Source: Deinococcales bacterium
Lineage (GTDB): Bacteria; Deinococcota; Deinococci; Deinococcales; JAAFIG01
Direction: 5' to 3'
Length of the DNA stretch: 40,140 nucleotides
Assembly: GCA_043778225.1 (NCBI GenBank)
Contig: JAYWGM010000018.1
Location: 1-40,140 of the forward strand
Below, in pieces: positions 36,487 through 40,140 of the stretch. Made by a program: the position numbers and the translations under genes. A model generated the notes under the pieces. The model was not told the DNA's origin. It made no database searches and worked only from the letters and a program-made list of their open reading frames with translations. Each line of letters begins with the position of its first letter. Within the stretch, counting starts at the first letter, position 1.

Positions 36487-39228
36487 ATGAGACATTATTT
36501 GCAATGGCTGGCGTTAGCAACCTTGGCGGTTTTGGTGGCGTGCGGCGGAGGCGGCACAACCCCCAACCCCAACGATTTACAGGTTACACCCGATAAACTT
36601 TTGTACACGATTATTCCCGAAACGGTGCAACTCTCGAGCAACGTGGTTTCTAAAATCTCGAGCGTCAGCACCGTGGATGGCAGCCTGACTTTTACAGGCA
36701 ATCCAGCCGAACTTGCTAATCTCGAGCAGGGCAGTGTTTTACTGTCCCCAGCCAGTCCGCAAACTCCAAAGGGCTTACTGCGAATTGTTAAAAGTAAAAA
36801 ACTCGAGAACGGCAATTTGGTTCTCGAGACCACGGTTGCCCCAATTCAGTTGGCGTTCTCGAGCATGGATATTCAGATTTCACGGCGCATCGATGATGTC
36901 GGTAGTGCCAAAGCCAGTTTACAACCTCAGTTTACGCAAACGATACCGTTTAGCCGAGGATTACTGCTCGATTATGTACCGTACAATGCCGACAATAATT
37001 TAAGCACCACCAACGATCAGATGGTTGTCAGTGGTGGGCTTGGCGTGGGCATGGTTTTTACCTTCAGGCTCGAGTTTGACTGGGGCGGCAAAACAGGCAT
37101 TATCAAAGAAGTGGCAAAATGTCTTGCTTCGGTTGGTATTTTTTGTGATGTGGAAAAAGTCATTCCAGAATTAAAGACTGGACTCGAGTTTGATACTTTT
37201 GCCAAGGCAGGTTTTGGTATCGAAGGGGCTGCCAGTTTACCATTCGACACCGGCGAACGACCCATTTGTGAGGATAATAAAAAGACCTGCCCACCAATTA
37301 ACCTAGGCACAATTCCGGTCGGACCACTGGTCTTTGATGTCGGCTTAGATTTCACTGGACAAATAGATGGTGATGCCTCGAGCAACATTAAACTTGCGGC
37401 TGGAATGGAACTTGGAGTTCGTGCCAGCTTGAGTGCCTCGAGTAAAACAGGGGTTAGTTTTGTACCACCCACACCCTATAAAAAATTTACCCCACCAACG
37501 GTCAGTGCCAGCCTAAAAGGACGCGCTCGAGTTCGGGTCGGTCCACGCTTATCGGTTTTACTGTATGGCGTGATTGGTCCAACCGTCGGCGCACAGTTTA
37601 CTGGTGAAGTCGTGGCGGATGCAGCGCTGACCCCATGCTGGAAACTCAACCTTGGCGTGAGTGCCAGTGTCGGCTTACGTTTACGCATACCGTGGGAGAA
37701 AATTGGCTTTGAAGAAATTGCTGATACGCTTGGTATTAACTTAGATTTATCGAAGTCCAAAAGCTATAACCTGATTAGCGAAACGGTTTTGAGTGGTGCG
37801 TGCAGTGCGCCGCCCATCGGTAGCATCCCGCCCGGAGACAGTCCCTCGAGCCAAACATTGTTAAATCCAACCTTTGTGCCGTGGTCAAAGATGTTTAATG
37901 CCGCCAATGCCGAATTTGCAACTGGTTTTGACTTTAGTTACGAAGAGGGTCAGGTCTGGACTGGTTTTACAAAAACCATCGAAGGCTCAGACGTTTTGCA
38001 ATCTTCGGAGTCGCCGTACACGATTAAAATTTCTCCAACTGGCAATCTGCTTTGGAATAAAATGTTTCGCAGTAAAATTAACGCGCTGGGTTTTGATGAA
38101 GATTATTATTATCCACCCAATGCAGTTGTCTCGAGCCAAGATTCTAATCTACTGATTGCCAGTTCCCCAAAAGGCAGGTTAGTCGCTTCGCAACCACCGG
38201 TTCTGATTCGAGCCAGTCAAGCCGGCGAGGTCATCAGTGCCAGCCAATACTTAACCCATGCCGACGAAAAAGCTGGTTTGACCGGAACACGCAAAATGAT
38301 CGAGCTACCAGACGGGACACTCTACATGCTGACCGATGCCACCGATGCCAACGACAATATCAATATCGTGTTGTTAAAACTCAAAGCCGATGGCAGTCTG
38401 ATTTGGGCAAAAACCATAGATATAGGCAATGAAGATTTACCCACGACCCTCGAGCCAATGCCAGATGGTGGTGTGGTCTTAGCGGGTTACGACTGGCGCG
38501 AATTCCCAACTGGCAGCTTTATCATTCGGCTAGGGGCAGATGGCAGCCAAACTTGGGCAAAAAAAGCCTTTAATTGTGGCTCTGGAAACGCAACTGATTT
38601 GAATATCACAGCCAGCAACAAAACGGGTAGCGGCGATTTACTGTTTGTTGGCGCAGGCGCAATCGCACCAACCGAAGGTGTTTTGATGCAAATTTCACCA
38701 AGCGGCACACTGGTGCAAGGAAAAAGTTACATCACTGGCTCGAATATCCGCAATGTCTGGTTTACGGGCATTCAGCAATTAGCCACGACTGGTTATGTGA
38801 TTAGTACAGTGCGTGAACGGGCATTAAATCAAGATAGCCTTGGTCTGATTGGCTTAGATAGCCTTGGCGGGGTGCAATGGTCACGTTCCTTGAACATTAA
38901 ATCCTTGGCTGGCGAAAACGATGTTTTATCCAGTAAAACCAGTCTGCGCTTAACCACCGATGGCGGCATCATGACCCTAGGCAGTAGCGCTTTCCCAAAT
39001 CCAAATGGCAACCGCATGGGTTTATGGGTTTCTAAAATTCCCGCTAAAAACGGTCAGATTAGCCTCAACTCGAATTTTGACAATGATGAAACACCCGTTA
39101 CTGCCAGCAACTGCACCTTTAGCCTAACTAACATCACGCCCACCATCTCGAGTCGCACCGTATTCACCCGCAATATGACCGTCACGACCGAAGATTTTAA
39201 TTTGCCGACCACCGTCGCAACCCCGTAA
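36487..39228 (+). CDS. Large surface lipoprotein with C-terminal beta-propeller-like repeats
   Basis: Lipobox LVAC-GGGG; repeats LLKLKADGSLIWAK, IIRLGADGSQTWAK, IGLDSLGGVQWSR, IKISPTGNLLWNK. Confidence 0.8.
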   Translation: MRHYLQWLALATLAVLVACGGGGTTPNPNDLQVTPDKLLYTIIPETVQLSSNVVSKISSVSTVDGSLTFTGNPAELANLEQGSVLLSPASPQTPKGLLRIVKSKKLENGNLVLETTVAPIQLAFSSMDIQISRRIDDVGSAKASLQPQFTQTIPFSRGLLLDYVPYNADNNLSTTNDQMVVSGGLGVGMVFTFRLEFDWGGKTGIIKEVAKCLASVGIFCDVEKVIPELKTGLEFDTFAKAGFGIEGAASLPFDTGERPICEDNKKTCPPINLGTIPVGPLVFDVGLDFTGQIDGDASSNIKLAAGMELGVRASLSASSKTGVSFVPPTPYKKFTPPTVSASLKGRARVRVGPRLSVLLYGVIGPTVGAQFTGEVVADAALTPCWKLNLGVSASVGLRLRIPWEKIGFEEIADTLGINLDLSKSKSYNLISETVLSGACSAPPIGSIPPGDSPSSQTLLNPTFVPWSKMFNAANAEFATGFDFSYEEGQVWTGFTKTIEGSDVLQSSESPYTIKISPTGNLLWNKMFRSKINALGFDEDYYYPPNAVVSSQDSNLLIASSPKGRLVASQPPVLIRASQAGEVISASQYLTHADEKAGLTGTRKMIELPDGTLYMLTDATDANDNINIVLLKLKADGSLIWAKTIDIGNEDLPTTLEPMPDGGVVLAGYDWREFPTGSFIIRLGADGSQTWAKKAFNCGSGNATDLNITASNKTGSGDLLFVGAGAIAPTEGVLMQISPSGTLVQGKSYITGSNIRNVWFTGIQQLATTGYVISTVRERALNQDSLGLIGLDSLGGVQWSRSLNIKSLAGENDVLSSKTSLRLTTDGGIMTLGSSAFPNPNGNRMGLWVSKIPAKNGQISLNSNFDNDETPVTASNCTFSLTNITPTISSRTVFTRNMTVTTEDFNLPTTVATP

Positions 39229-39561
39229 AAGGAGCGCAAATGGTTTATCACTGTAGAACTACGCAATGCCATGACCAAAACGGCTCGAGCCGATTGGAGT
39301 GGTTCAGACCGAAATGGCACGAACATCAGTTTGATTCTGGCTTCTGGTAAATCCTTAAAATTAGATAACAATGTTGGTAATTTGGTCTTAACCGACCTTG
39401 CCCCTGGTGCAAGTGTCATCGCCACGCTCGAGTTTAAAGCCGATACCGCCGAGGATAAAGCCACAAAGTTCTTATGGGCAATGAGCGCCGAGTTTAATGG
39501 TGATAAAGCACCTTTGGCTAAAGATGCTGCCTTTCGGATAGACTTAGGTTGCACAAAATAA
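39229..39561 (+). pseudogene. 5'-truncated paralog of the downstream secreted protein
   Basis: WFITVELRNAMTKTA...TLEFKAD...DKATKFLWAMSA versus WIFTVELRNAMNKTA...TLEFTAD..DKPTKFLWAMSA in the 39571 gene; homology starts upstream of the only in-frame ATG near the 5' end (39271). Confidence 0.7.
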
Positions 39562-39570
39562 AGGAGTTTT

Positions 39571-40140
39571 ATGAAAGTAGCTCGAGTTATTCTTGGTGTT
39601 GGTCTAGTTGCGGTACTTGGTTTTGCCTTGGCACAAGCGGTCAAGCAGGTCAGTGTTTCGCTGGCTGGAAAATCCCTCAAGTTAGACAGTGTGATCGTCA
39701 GTGGTAAAACCTATGTTTCGCTCGAGCAACTAAAAAAAGCCTTGCCAAACCCTGTTGGTGGGGCAAACCAAGCGGCGGGTACGACTGGCTGTGTCAATCA
39801 ACTGCTGTTTAATGGCGCGTGGCGTTTTCGGGTGCAAAAATTTGTGTACAGTCTCGAGAAAACCGCTTGGATTTTTACCGTCGAACTTCGCAATGCGATG
39901 AATAAAACTGCCGCAGTCTATAACAATGGCGCAAATGGATTTGGCGAGGATATAACCCTGACGATGGCTTCTGGGAATACCTTAAACATGGGCAATGTCA
40001 ACGAGACTCAGGACAAAATTCTGCTTAAAAACCTTACGGCAGGGGCTGGGGTGGTCACGACGCTCGAGTTTACAGCCGATTCGGACGCGGATAAACCCAC
40101 CAAATTCTTATGGGCAATGAGTGCAAGTAACAACAATGAT
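39571..40140 (+). CDS. Secreted hypothetical protein (runs off the window end; not in the ORF track)
   Basis: AAGGAG RBS, ATG 39571, signal peptide MKVARVILGVGLVAVLGFALA-Q; 190 codons open to the end. Confidence 0.8.
   Translation, partial: MKVARVILGVGLVAVLGFALAQAVKQVSVSLAGKSLKLDSVIVSGKTYVSLEQLKKALPNPVGGANQAAGTTGCVNQLLFNGAWRFRVQKFVYSLEKTAWIFTVELRNAMNKTAAVYNNGANGFGEDITLTMASGNTLNMGNVNETQDKILLKNLTAGAGVVTTLEFTADSDADKPTKFLWAMSASNNND

Larger units (their letters stand above)
231..40068. repeat. Highly iterated palindrome CTCGAG, dispersed
   Basis: About 275 copies by hand count (about 66, 75, 68, 67 per successive 10 kb); about 10 expected at 1/4096. Confidence 0.95.

Noticed and set aside
1..40140. 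CTCGAG abundance as an XhoI cloning or ligation artefact
   Set aside because: Sites lie inside long intact ORFs with conserved motifs continuing across them in all three phases; no chimeric junctions are apparent.
1..40140. rRNA, tRNA, tmRNA, IS transposase, integrase or prophage genes
   Set aside because: No recognisable signatures were found.

Overview
Chromosomal, housekeeping-rich 40 kb from a roughly 48-50% GC bacterium (GC estimated by eye). It is most likely Deinococcota: it has a CarH/LitR plus LdrP-like pair, a PilF-like multi-MshEN protein and about 14 apparently leaderless starts. Gene content, left to right: Zn-ribbon Ser/Thr kinase; methyltransferase-modA-modB; a B12 photoreceptor locus (carH/litR, CrtD-like desaturase, LdrP-like CRP); azlCD; a hydrazine-synthase-alpha-like CxxCH lipoprotein; a large purine-catabolism cluster (uraD-uricase-uraH, xdhAB-guaD, glycerate kinase-xdhC-ABC transporter, aceB); ICMT-like gene; rsgA; aldo/keto reductase; a GlnA4-like gamma-glutamylation operon interrupted by a decayed HigBA cassette; a degenerate DUF1537 kinase; surface lipoproteins. 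The strongest signal is not a gene. The palindrome CTCGAG occurs about 275 times by hand count (about 10 expected), in all three codon phases and in intergenic DNA, like cyanobacterial HIP1. Meanwhile GATC (about 12 found) and GGCC (2 found, both forced by Trp-Pro) are almost absent. A second signal is short 'bridge' ORFs that start and stop in ATGA overlaps and span insertions at operon junctions (xdhA-xdhB, ABC ATPase-permease), plus a leaderless uORF coupled to rsgA. No rRNA, tRNA, CRISPR array or transposase was seen. All counts are manual and protein calls rest on motif recognition, not database searches.
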